A stretch of 64,000 bases of DNA from Amphiscolops sp. MND2022 (lineage: Eukaryota), in assembly GCA_964187785.1 (NCBI GenBank), contig OZ076409.1, forward strand, positions 49,044,001 to 49,108,000. The letters are read 5' to 3'. Position numbers and translations under genes: made by a program. Shown in pieces: positions 11,392 to 23,600 of the stretch (its first letter is position 1; each line of letters opens with the position of its first letter). The notes beneath the pieces were generated by a model that did not search any database, was not told the DNA's origin, and saw nothing but the letters and a program-made list of their open reading frames with translations.

Positions 11392-11699
11392 TAGTCTTAC
11401 TCAGACCTCGAGGTAACGATCGTCACCAGACCTGGAAATCCGATCCGCGTTAACCTCCACGTTAGGTGAAGTCATGGAAGTTACAGAAGTTATGGCAGCA
11501 ACTTGAGAAAAGAAAATACTTGGAAAAGGAAAGAGAAGAAAAAAAACTTGGAGAAGAAAAAAATCCGCTCTAAAACTAAAAATTTCACTTAGGGAAACGA
11601 AAAGTGAAAAAAAAATTGGACTAAATAAAAATTCCCAGCCACTTATTTGCACTTAATTGAAACTTACTGACTGTTTGATATCATTGTTCTCGGCAAACC

Positions 11700-13930
11700 A
11701 AAAGTTCAACAAGATACCCGCTGAGCAGCGAGATATTTTCCGCCCGAACTGTTCTACAACTACATAAATTTGAGGCTCAAGGATAACTAGTGCACTATAA
11801 AAACGCTAAGAAGTTCGAAGAAAAGAAAGCTTCGATTTATCTTTGCCCTTTAAGTTGTGAAGGAAACACCTTTATTTTAGTATTTCTGCGATAGCTGGCC
11901 AGTTTTCGTAATTTCGACACTATGCGACTTACGGAGTGAAATTTTTCATTTTTTTCCGAAAACGATTTTTCTCTAAAGTCCGACTGAAATAAGCGTTCAA
12001 TCCTTGTTGAACCTTTGTCATCGTTCTGAATCCAAAACGCTTCAAAATGTAGACATGGATTGCTTAAAAACGATGATCTTGAAAGCAAAAAAATGTTGGT
12101 GTTTTTGAAGCAAAACGCTGCAACGTTCTCTTCAAAAAATGTATTGCATAGCTCGTTCTTTCGTTGCTGAGCGTTATGGAACTAATAACGAAGACTTTCG
12201 GGAATTGTACGGAAATTGCATCAAAAACGACAAAATCGTCGAAATTTTTGACTACTTCAAGGTCAATTTCAAGCACTTTTGAATTAGAAATTGTTCTTAT
12301 CTGTTGTCGAAAGCTTACAGAGACAACAACTTTCTCATTGTTTAGTGGTTTAAACATTCTAGTTCACAAAGTCTATCGACAGTTTGGCAATATTTGAAGA
12401 AAAATGATGAAAATAGAAAATTTTGAAAGTTTTCCTTTTTCGATGTCAATTCCAGACATTTTTCATTTGAAAAGCTGCATTTATCGTTCCACTAAGCATA
12501 CGGGACAACATTTGTTCCTTGTTGACCCTTTCCAACATTCCAATCTCCGGAGTTTGTTGAAAATTTTTAAGAAAAACTTCATAAAACTTTGAAAATTGAA
12601 AAATTTTGGGATTTTCGTCAATTTCGGTGTTAAGTTGAGACTTTTTCATTCGAAAACTGAAATTATCTCATCCTTAAAGACTACCGGACAACAAACTGCT
12701 ACCTTGGTGAACGTTTTCATTATTCCAATCTACGGAGTTTGTCGAAATCGTTACAGAAATTGCATTAGAACATTGAAAATTGGAAAGTTTTGGGTTTTTG
12801 TCACTTTCGGTTTCAATTTGAGACCTTTTTCATTTAGAAAATAGAAATTATCTTTTCGGAAAAGCCTACTGGACAGCTAATACGGGCCATTTTGACCGTT
12901 TTCAACATTCTAATCAACGAAGTCCTACTAAAATTCGACAAAAATTGAATGAAATCGTTAAAAATCGGAAAATTTTTGGAATTTTGGTCATTTTTTTGGT
13001 CAATTTTCTTCGACAAAACCGCATTTATCACTTCCTAGAAGACTATTGGACAACAACATCGTGCCTTGTTGAACGTTTGCAACCTTCTAATTTGCGATGT
13101 TTATCAAAAAATTGACAAAAAACGCATGAAAACGGTAAAAATTGAGAAACTTTGGAGTTTTTGTTTTTTTCGGGGCCATTTTGAGATATTTTTCACTAAG
13201 AAAACTGCAATAAATTCTTTAGAAAAGTCTACTTGACTAATACGTTTTCCTTGCTGACGCTTCTCAACATTCTAATCTACGAAGTCTGTCGAAAATTTGA
13301 CAAAAATTTGAAAAATGGAAAGATTTGGGTTTTTTTTGTTATTTTCGGTATCAATTTGAGACCTTTTTCATTTGGAAAAAAGCAATTATCTTTTCTGAAA
13401 AGCCTACCGCACAGCAAATGCGTGCCATGTTGAGCGTTCTCAACATTTTAATAAACGAAGTTTGTCGAAAATTTGACAAAAATTGCTTAAAATTGTTAAA
13501 AATCAGAAAATTTTGGAATTTTTGTCATTTTTGGGGTCAATTTTTTGGTACAAAATAGCATTTATCTCTTCATAGAAGACTATTGGAGAAAGAATTCGTG
13601 CCCTGTTGAACGTTTTCAACATTCTAATTCGCGGTGTCTCTCAAAAAAATGACAAAAATTGCATAAAAACGTTAAAAAGTTGAGAAATTTGGGAATTTTT
13701 GTCATTTTCGGGGTCATTTCGTCATTAAGGGGTCATTTTCGTCATTTAAAAAAACTCCAAAAATCTCTACAAATACATATCGCACGAAGCTAAATTTATG
13801 TGAGTTGAATTCTATGGGTAACACCCTTAAAGTTAAACATAAATAAATTCTTGGCAAATTTTGTAAAAAAAAACCGTTTGATTTAAATATTTTCCTTCCC
13901 CATATATGAAATATGGGCAGAAAATAACAA
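11700..13930. repeat. Dispersed repeat containing a ~180-bp tandem array (at least 8 units, ~12300-13750)
   Basis: Anchor caacattctaat recurs at ~12352, 12533, 12718, 12903, 13080, 13265, 13441 and 13617. The head 11700-11880 matches 41550-41720. An imperfect hairpin at 13890-13925 may mark the end. Confidence 0.8.
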
Positions 13931-13965
13931 AACAGAAGTTTTTGGAAAACAGAAGCTCTACTAAC

Positions 13966-14190
13966 CGTAACGTGGTCTATCTCTTTGTAACCGCAGCCAG
14001 AGCAGGGCAGGTCATTAAAATCGGTTTGTTGGTCATCTGGAGTTGGTCTCTCTGTTGGCTGGAAGTATTTGCCGCACACCATACGGGAGTATTTACTCTC
14101 ACAGAAGAAGTTCAGCTTCTCCTCTTCTTGTTGCAGGATGAACAACAACCTCCTCGCCTTATTCCGCTCTACCTCCGACTGTTTCATGGC
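13966..14190 (-). CDS. Candidate internal exon (75 aa, phase 0-0) of an unidentified host gene
   Basis: Acceptor aactttccAG| at 14191 and donor |GTTAGT at 13965. 225 bp, open, higher GC than the flanks: AMKQSEVERNKARRLLFILQQEEEKLNFFCESKYSRMVCGKYFQPTERPTPDDQQTDFNDLPCSGCGYKEIDHVT. Confidence 0.6.
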
Positions 14191-14899
14191 CTGGAAAGTT
14201 CCAGAATGTTCTTGAATGTTCTAGATTTAACGTCGTAATGAAATACAACCTGGGATTTGTTAAAGCATAAAAAGTTGGCTGGTAGCTGACCAAGGATAAA
14301 TGCTTTTGGATGTTCGATAAAAGTTTGAAATTAGGATCGAGAACATCACGTCGCTTTGTCAAATGTAAAACGATTAGCCGAAAAGGTAGGTGACATAATC
14401 ACAAGGATGAGGTGAATCATTCGACTCCGATACAAAATGAATTATTCATATCTTGATAAAGATGTGGAAAGTTATACAAATGTATCTTACCACAATAGCC
14501 AGAATACATTCACACCATCTTGCAATTTAAGCCAATAAAATCGTGGTGTCCAGTATTCGCAATGTAATTACAAAAATATTTTATACTTTGAGAGCATCCT
14601 TATTGCTTTGCAATGCAAAAATGTATCATGCTTATCAAATTAGGTCGTTTCTTCAGAAAATTCCTCAAGAGAAAAACCCGTTGAGATTCCCATATGGGCT
14701 TAAATGTCTGAAATTGGGGGAATCTCTGCCTGATTATCATATTGATCTCAGCAATTCAATTAAAAACTTACAATAAAACAATTTTCTCTCAGCATTTTGA
14801 TGATTTGTGTGCCGAAGCGCGTCTACCAGGGTAATATAACGATCACGAATTAATGAGCCGCTGGGAATTTTTCATTTCATAAAATCTGCCGCCTTCCAT

Positions 14900-15300
14900 T
14901 CAAACTTCACAGGGGTAAACGAATGACGTAATCGCCCCTAATGCAAAACCATGGGCATGTAAGCACACATTCATGCACTTATTCAATAGATTGATGACAC
15001 AGGCAACGCTCGGGCTGATCAGCAACATATAAATCAATATAAATAGGTTGAATAATCAGTTTCCATCGTAATAACCAACTAGCTGTATTTTCACTGCCGT
15101 GAAGTGAAAATGGTAAATTATTGGAACATGGGAACACATTAGATGAATTGAACGTTTTTTTAAAAAAAAATTTACACCGATATCCAAAAATTATCAGCGT
15201 GGGAAGTGCAATCCAAAACTGTCTTTTTTGCTCCAATGTTTGCAGAGGACATTCAATGAACGAAAAATAGCCACTTTATAGAAATTGCGAATTTGATCCA
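14900..15300 (-). pseudogene. Possible decayed EnSpm/CACTA-type transposase fragment
   Basis: Fragments ..FIECPLQTLEQKRQFWIA.. and ..LYVADQPERC....C(AY)C resemble the ELP..R..N and AD.PA...C..C motifs of EnSpm-type transposases. Many stops and frameshifts. Confidence 0.3.
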
Positions 15301-18300
15301 AACGAAGTCGGAATAATTAATTGTTCCACAAAATATGTATTTATATTTCTCACGAGCTTTTGAAAAATCCAAAATTGCTCTACAGAAGATACATAAATGT
15401 TGTTTTCAAGTCTGTATCATAGAATTTCTGACACTTTTCAAGCAAGGGAGTTCTAAGTTGTTCAGCTATATAGCTCAAAGGAATATTTAAACATGGTGAC
15501 CAAGTAATTTCAGTGAAGAATTTGAAAATCTCCAAGTGACGCAAATCCTGAGGGAACAATTATTTTCAGGTGACAGAGGGTTTTTACGGATATTTCCAGT
15601 GGATAATCAACAACAGTTTCATGATGCCCCCGTCGCTTTCAACATTCAAACCATTCTTCAAGATGAAAATCTCGGTCTTTGTAATAGCGTTGGAACTTTT
15701 GATGAGAGCTTTTCTGACAGCATTCCACATAAGGCGTAATTATCATGGGAATATCAAAAGATAATTTGCGACGGAATCATTTTCATGCCAGAAAAAAAAA
15801 CAAAGTGTCAATCCTCGAATTTTAGTTAACTCGGAAAGAATTGCGTCAAAATGCTGTCTTTTTGGCTCTTTTTAGTCTTTCTACAAACGTGTAAGACTTA
15901 GGAATTTCGCTGCTTCTATATTTGCGAATAGTTCTCAATATTTGTTCAACATTTTGTGAAAAAACTTTTAGCTCAATGAAAAATTTATTGGAATTTCAAG
16001 TAACATTGTTTCAGATCGTTGAAAAACATCTTTGTCAGTTTGAACAGAATATAAAAAATATTTTCCAACAATTTTTTTCCCATTATTTAAACTTGATGTT
16101 TTTCCAGTTTTCCAGTGTTTTCCATTGAAGTTTGAATTCCAGTAACTTTGATCCAGTTTTACTGGAAATCAGAGTTCGAAGTTATTGAAAACCAAAAATA
16201 ATGTGATCTCCGAAGTTCTTTCCAAATTTGTGCAAAGGTTTTTGGGTAATTCGAACCAATTTCGGTCAGCAAAATCCGGATGTTCCAGAAACTGGTGGTA
16301 ACAAAAATAAGCGAAGGCGTAACTGAATACGTCTTCATTGAAACTAATTTTCACTTCAAAGAAAAGCTTGAGGGTTCTAAGATTCACTGCGGAGGAGATA
16401 AATTTTATAAACTATAGTTTATAAGTTATCATGGAATTGAACTGGTAATTTGATCACGCGTCACGTTGTGACTACTTATCTTCAACATGTAGGAAAAACA
16501 TCACAAAGCAGGTGATTTTGCCGAAGTGATCAAGGAAACAAAATTTCACGGATAATAAAATTTTACCAAAAAAGGGTAGAAAAATTGTGAGAAAGAATAA
16601 AAGAAGGCCATGATCATTGTTTTGATTGGTAGATTTTTGGCAATTTCCTCTAAAGAAATTACGGAGGAAAAATCTAAATACACACTGTGACAATTTTTTG
16701 TCATACTTAAACGTGTGTTGATTGTTAGCGCTTGTAGCTCAAGAAAAAAGCAGAAAAAAAGCCTTTCGATAAAAGGGCTTTCAGTTGTTTTCTTCTGAAA
16801 AGAATCTTTCAGAAGGATTCTGAATGAAAAACAATGAAGATATTCACGCTGGGTAACCCGAATTGCAAACATTTTTACTGTTTTTTTTGGAAAATTAAAC
16901 CTTAAATGACCATGAGAGTCAACTGTGTACCTCAACACTGTTTTTCAGGGGTTCTCACAATATAAACATTTCAGGGCATAATACTTTCACAATGGTTCGG
17001 TCAACTGGCATTAATGTGTGCGGGCATATTTGACATAGATATTACTCAACTTCTGTTGCCACGAAAGAAATAGGTGAACGTGATCGAACTGATCACAAGC
17101 AATTACTGCCAACTGGCTATCCAAAATTGGCGTATACAAAATCTAAGATACGTCCCACGCTTTAAAAACCAGCTTCTCTAAAACAGCATTTTATTACACA
17201 CATGAGCGATTGCGAGCTCTCGATAAGTCCTAGCTTTCAGTCACTTGAGATCAACCTAGACAAATGTTGAATTTGTCATAACCCAAAATTAAGCCAGAAA
17301 TGGTCAATATTGATGATCTAATGGAAACTATACGGTTATCGCAGTAATCGACTGTTAAAAAATGGCTTTTAAAATGAGGGAGCCAAGAATCTGTTGCACT
17401 ACAAAAAGTTACAGATATGTACTTTACGAGAGTATGTAAAACAGCAAATGCAGTTTGTTGTTGAAATTTTTGGATACTCATGCTTCGAAAACATCCGATT
17501 GTACGAAACAATCGATAGTTGAAAATCAAAAGATGGTTTCAATTTCCTTTCAAAAAGGATTCCAATTGCAAAGGATTTATCAGCATGCCTGAATGAAATG
17601 TCAACTATGCTTGTGATACAATTTGAAATATAAATCTTCCGGGGTGAAAAAGTGACCAGCAATTTGAGCGCATATTTTGCAGGAAAACGAAACAAATCTG
17701 CAGCTTTTGCGGTGGTCCTCCGGTGGCCCACTGAAAGAAACGCATGTTTTGTAGAAAATATTGCAAAAAAATTTTTGTTGACTGCATTTTACTTCTGCGC
17801 TATAAGCGTTTACATTTTGTTTGTTTCACAGAGCTACATTTGCTTTGCAGAATTGATACATCGTGGCTTTGGGACACGCGGTGCTGAAAGTTATCTTTAA
17901 TGCTACAAAGGAAATTAATTAACGTAATCCTCCGCGTTCAAAAAATAACTCAATGATAGTCAACAGTTTCCAAAATTATTTAAGTTTCAATGAAAAACAT
18001 TCACCGGTGTCAACTAGTTGAGCACCGGTGTCCACCCGTGGAATTGTAACTGATTGAGCCCCATTTACTATCTTGTTTCCTACAGAGACGTAAAACCAAT
18101 ACTTTTTGCAATAGGAAAAATGGAAAGTGTAACCGAGCTTATAGAATAAATCCAATTTATTCCACATAATAACCTTCCACATAATGAAAGAAAAATTGGT
18201 GAAGGCTGTCATCGAACCCCGTTTTGTGATTAATGAGATGAAAATAATGAAAAAATCCCTACGACTCGACTTGTTGACGTTCTATGAGTACTAATATACA

Positions 18301-18549
18301 TGAATTACGTTGTTTCAGAGAAACGCCTTTTATATAGCTCATTTCGAGAACACAAAAATTTTGTATCGAGCTGGAATCGAAGCCACTTTTTTCAGTTTCT
18401 GTAGGATTTTTGACCTTTTTTACCTATAATGTGAAGTTTTTTTAAAATATTAATCAGCAAGGTTTTATTAAACGAACCGGTGTGATATCAAGTTACTAAA
18501 CAATAGCGTTACAGAGACAAAATATTAGGTGAATGCGGACAATAAGTCT

Positions 18550-18748
18550 GCCAATAAATCCAGTGCTTGCGAAGCTGTTCTTCTGCAGCTTGAGGGCCCT
18601 TTGCTGGAGAAAACACCCAACTTCGTAATTCGTCTCTGCCTGCGTTCGTGAGATCTTCCCCCACGTGCCACGTTGTGCCACCCCCACGTTGTACTCGACT
18701 AACGGCCTCGTATGGATGATTGAATACGCAATAGTAGAAGCTTCCCAA
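18550..18748 (-). CDS. Weak candidate exon or coding-like island
   Basis: Acceptor-like tttcatctAG| at 18749. GC-richer, with two open frames (..WGKISRTQAETNYEVGCFLQQRALKLQKNSF..). No convincing donor found. Confidence 0.25.
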
Positions 18749-21240
18749 CTAGATGAAAGTGTAGGCTTATCGGTATTAATAGTGAGGACGGCATAAGGCC
18801 GCAAACTTGGATTATAAAAGGAATCACCCGGCCGTTGAATTGTAAACCCTAAAAAACTCGCCTCTTATTCGCGCGGCCCCCTCTGCAAAAAATCAATAGA
18901 ATTACTTACATGGTTGCAGCAACGTTCTAAAACGCGCGATGAACTATTAGTAGCAGTGGGACACCAAATCTAGATTCAACTGAGAACGCGCTGTGAGTGG
19001 CTGTACGCGGATCTAATAAAATAGTGGCCGCCACAAGTTTTTCAATTATCCCCATCCTAAATACAAACTAAAAATCAAAACCCGATTTCTCGAAGATGGA
19101 AAAAAAATATCAACAAACAAATTTCAGCATTCGATTGCCTGTCTAGAGTAAAATTTAGGTTGAAAATATGAGCTTTGTGCAACAACGAGAACTTGGCCGG
19201 GGGAGGCTTTGGAAATAAGTTCTTTCAAAATTTTGACAATATTCCAAAAATGACAGTCCTTTAAAACTTTCGAGCGATTCAATTGTCAGGAAAGTTCCTA
19301 ATTGGCCTAAAACAAAGAAAAATGATTTGTCTAACTTGTGTTCATTGGAAACAAATTTCAGAAGTTTCTGAGAATTGAAAGCAAACGTTATTCCAGCAAA
19401 CGACAAAAAAGGCCTGAAAAAGGGCATAATAGTAGTTTCTCGCATGTTTTCTCCTAGTGTTCAGCGTATAAACCGTTACTTTGCAGCGTATTTCTGAACT
19501 GAAGTGAACGATTGAATGAAGTAGTAAATAGAGCGCGCCCGCGCGCTAGCGAAAACCGCCAAGAATTGGAAGTTGTGATTTCATTTGGGAATAGTAACAT
19601 CGACCTACAAAAATGCTAACCCCTCTTCACGTTCTAAGCAATATTGGGCTGAAGTTTTACGGTAGACGCACAAAAGTCTGGCGCATGGCGTTTAGGAGGA
19701 GCGGATTTCCGAAAAAAGACCTGGTTTCGGTATACTGACCTCTAAAGTTGGAGATCAGGTCACCAAATTTTGAAAAATGACTGTTTCCAGAAAAGTCCTA
19801 ACAAATTTTTTGACGAAAGATAGATTCCTCATCTAAAGTGCAACAATTTTCTAACGGCTTGGGCTAATCGATTAAAGTCGTTGTAAGATTTTTGACTTGT
19901 TTACTTTTTAGTCCTTTAGGTGCCCTTTCAGATGGTACATTTGGTTTAAGAACTCCGGGATCAAAACACCTATTTTTTGCACTTTGAAAGTGTAACTAGA
20001 AAATCGACATCTAGAATTTGAAGTATAAATGCTTTTTAGGACATTGAAATTGATGGAAAGTGTTTTCTTCAGCCATATTTTGCTGAAGAGGTTTTCCGGG
20101 AGTCGTGTGGAAAACTAGGACCTGACAAAAATGCAAATGTCAATCATTGAGCCGAACTTGAAGTTGTGTTTGCAAAAGTGGGAAAAATTGAGTCAGTGAT
20201 ACCTTCTCAAAAAATCTATTGAAAACGAAGTACAACCACTAGTCATGAATGGCGAGAACATAGAACCAGAACTGACTAACGACGCGAAAATGTACTTCCG
20301 ATAAACCTTTATTACCGAAGTAGGCAAAACTGTAGTACTCAACACTTAGTCAGGCCCCCAAAAAGGAATGATGACCAAATACGAATACTCAAGTGCCAAA
20401 CAAGTAATAAATTGCCAAAAAATTAACTTTGGCCGAAGTGTGCGCTATTACGAACACACACAAAGTGAGTCCATCTCTAGATTGCAGTTTTTACGGAGTC
20501 TTTACGTTACGCATCAGGCACCGGAATATCAAAATTTCACATTTACTTTGATTAGCCGTGACGCCCGTGAAGACTCTTCTAGAGGTTGCCTGTCCCATCG
20601 CGGATCGCCATCCTTTAGAACTTATTTTGACCCGGCAGCAGGGTGGGCAGTTGGTCTATTGTCTCTACATGTAATGCGGGTTCAGTGGCCATCGAATTAA
20701 CTTATTGCTTTCAATCTAAGACCGATCGAGAAGAATTGCGGAGAGTTGTGTATTTCAGTAACTCGTCGATTTTTCAACCTAAGCAAATCAACCTTGCTGA
20801 AACCCTTGTTTCTTGATTGTTTGTGTTATAAGCTTCCCAAAATAATCTAATCAGAGTGATTCTCAGATATAAACACTGCATTCATTCCAGTATTTCGTGG
20901 ATGTGAAATTTTGTTTGTGTTTTTTATTCGTCTCATAGTATTATTGTGTACTAATTGTACTTGCAGAAGCTGCGCTCGAATTTTGAAGATGTAAAATATA
21001 GAAATCCATAATACAATGCCAGTTTGGAAAAACTTGGCATCACATTCGAGTGAATCCAAACGTCTCTGATGTGCACCAACTGTTTGATAATTTAATCCAT
21101 CTCTTTAGGGCGATCTTGGCCATCTTTGGGCTTTACAGGAAACTTGAAACCTCTTGCCTTTTGCAGTTACAAGATAAACGCGGCCTGAAATAATCTTTAA
21201 TTGCTTAGGTTCAGTAAAACGAAAACATGTTGAAGGGTTG

Positions 21241-21760
21241 AACAAGTCGGTAACGGCCCAAGTCGGCGCCATATCCGAGGCTCAAAATTAGCAAAAGAAC
21301 TTCAAAATGTCAAAGTATTCTTTTCTAAAGCACCCCACAAAACCCAAAAGTTGGACCGGATTGGGGCGCCAGGGGTATGCTTCGACATTTTTCATCCCTT
21401 CTGTCGCAAATCATCAAACAAATTGAAGGGGGACCCTTTGGTGAAAAACAAAATTGAACAAAAGTCTCACAATTCCAAAAAAACTGAAAGGGGGACCTTT
21501 TGGTATCTTTCAACAATCATTCTGCCGCAAAACTCCGCAAAAAAAGAAGGCGGAACCTTTGAGGAAATGTTTTTGTCTAGAAGAAGTCGCACTTAACCTC
21601 TATGCTAAATAACCTCTATGCTAAGTGGCAGTAGAAGTTACAAGTGTGGCAGTTGGTGGATGCAGCTTATAAGCTTATGAAATCTGTCACTTCGTTGGTT
21701 TCAAAAGAAAAGAAAAATCACTGCTATAGTCTGCGTTTCTACGAAAAGCGTCGACTAAAA
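21241..21760 (-). mobile_element. DINE-1/HINE-like non-autonomous Helentron-type element, copy A
   Basis: aacaag...caAGTCGGCGCCatatc at one end and GCGTCGACTaaaa at the other (asymmetric inverted repeat). Same ends as 58483-59005. Confidence 0.75.
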
Positions 21761-21799
21761 TACGACATCTCTGATGAAGCTTAACCCAAGATGTTTTCC

Positions 21800-22830
21800 A
21801 GTCGCCTCATCAAAATATTTGACAATGTTCTTGGGTGAACAGAATTGAACACCATGTCTGGAATATTGTCCTTTATCGTCAAATCGTTTAATTGTTTTTG
21901 GTTTTTAACAGCCATTCCTAATAGCTCAAATTCAGCGTTAACACCCATACCAAGGCCACTTTTGGATTGAATATTTCAATTCAGTCTGGATCATACTTCC
22001 GTTGCGATGCCACAAACATAATTTCGAAACAATTGCTGGCCATTTGTCGCCATTGAAAACCGCACAGAGTTCGTTTAATAAATTGGGTTCCCTGTCAGCC
22101 AAGACACATTTCTCGTTATTATAACATCTGCTTCTACTTGATAATAGTCGGCGTGGTATTTCATACAAGCAAAAATAGATGCCCAGCGGATTACACAAGG
22201 AGTTGGGCAAAGTTTTTTGACGAAACCTTTTCCTCCAAGAAGTCAACATATCGGGTTTTCTGGTTTCTTGATTGTTTCGGTTCCTTGATTGTTAATCCTT
22301 GGTATTCCGAACGCGACATTGCTTAGCTTTCGCCCACAAACATCGAAGGTTCTGTCAAAAATAATGAAGTTTTTTTGGTATTAGCTTTAGAAGTTTATCT
22401 TTTCCTACTTTATACACGTCGTCGATATATGGGTACAGTGCCCCTGAACTTGGAACTGACTAGCCTGAAATGACGTGTTTTTTGTAAAGCACCTTTGTCT
22501 CGAGGTGATTGGCACTGTTAAATGCGGTTTTTTGCAGTGCAGATGTCGTCGTAAGCGTTTTCAAAAAGTCTTTGTCGGAATACTGGCGTTTTCTAAAGGT
22601 TTTTTGTTTTCTTGTGCTGCTCCAAGCAAAAATGACGACTGTATTCCAGTGGAACCACACAACTGCCAGTTCGACAAAAAAAGTATGTTGGCATGAAAAT
22701 CGATTTTTTTGGAGATAAATCAGCCTGTACACGGTTGCCTAGTTTTGATCCATGTTCCAATTATAATATGGCCTTTTTCTTTGCAGTAACAGAACGCTGG
22801 GTGCGTGTTTGTGAAGAAGAATTTTGTCTG
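21800..22830 (-). pseudogene. Possible highly decayed pogo/Tigger-like transposase
   Basis: Colinear fragments RTQRSVTAKKKAIL (HTH-like), RKQKTFRKRQYSD, LPQLL and NEKC....CAVFNGDKWPAIVSK resemble pogo/CENP-B-type transposases. Very degenerate. Confidence 0.3.
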
Positions 22831-23214
22831 CTGCTTGTACGGTCTGATTCTGAGATTTACAAAGCCCTTAAAATTGATTGTCCTTACTTAATACTACCAA
22901 AAAATTTAATGTCCTAATAAATTTCATTGTTCTTAAATTTATAGTATCAGTTTTAAAACCAACACGAATTAATTCATAGTGTTTTTTTTACCTACGAGTC
23001 GTTTCGTCATTTTGGTAAAAAGTTTTGCCGTTTTATTTGATATTTATAAATATATTTTTCATTTAGGGCTTTCAAAGAACATCTTTTTCAGTTTGTTCAG
23101 TGGGAGTGTCCATTTAGCTTAGCGCTTTCGCTCAACAGTTAGCAAATGATGTTTGTAAAGTGTGAATAACTGTGTGAATCACGCTTGTTTTATTTATTGT
23201 ATAACAGCCCAGCG

Positions 23215-23600
23215 TTCGACATCTTGAATATCTTGCCAAGATTTTGCCAAGATCTTACAAGTTCTGAAAAGATCTTCGAAGAAATCCGATCTAGAATCCA
23301 AGATCTTGCCAAGATATCCAAGACGAAATCCAAGATCTTGTCACGATATCCAATATGATATGCAAGATCTTACCAAGAAATCCAATATTTATTCCAAGAA
23401 TATATTTGTGGAACATGTAGTTTTTCTGCAAGCAACGCTTCCAGAAACTGAACAATGTCCTTTGTCCGAGGTGATGTGCTGATGTGGATTTGTATAACAC
23501 ACTTGACAGGACTCAGATATTCAAGGTGTCAAGACAAAATCCAAGATCTTGTCAAGACATTCAAGATGTCAAGACAAAAACCAAGATATTGCCAAAACGA
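23215..23600. repeat. Degenerate short-unit array built on the palindrome CAAGATCTTG
   Basis: Many (c)caagat(c/a)ttg variants at roughly 9-11-bp spacing in two blocks, 23215-23400 and 23500-23600. Confidence 0.8.

Noticed and set aside
11401..11502. Possible next minus-strand exon
   Set aside because: Phase-0 continuation from the 13966 exon hits a stop within four codons; splice signals are ambiguous.
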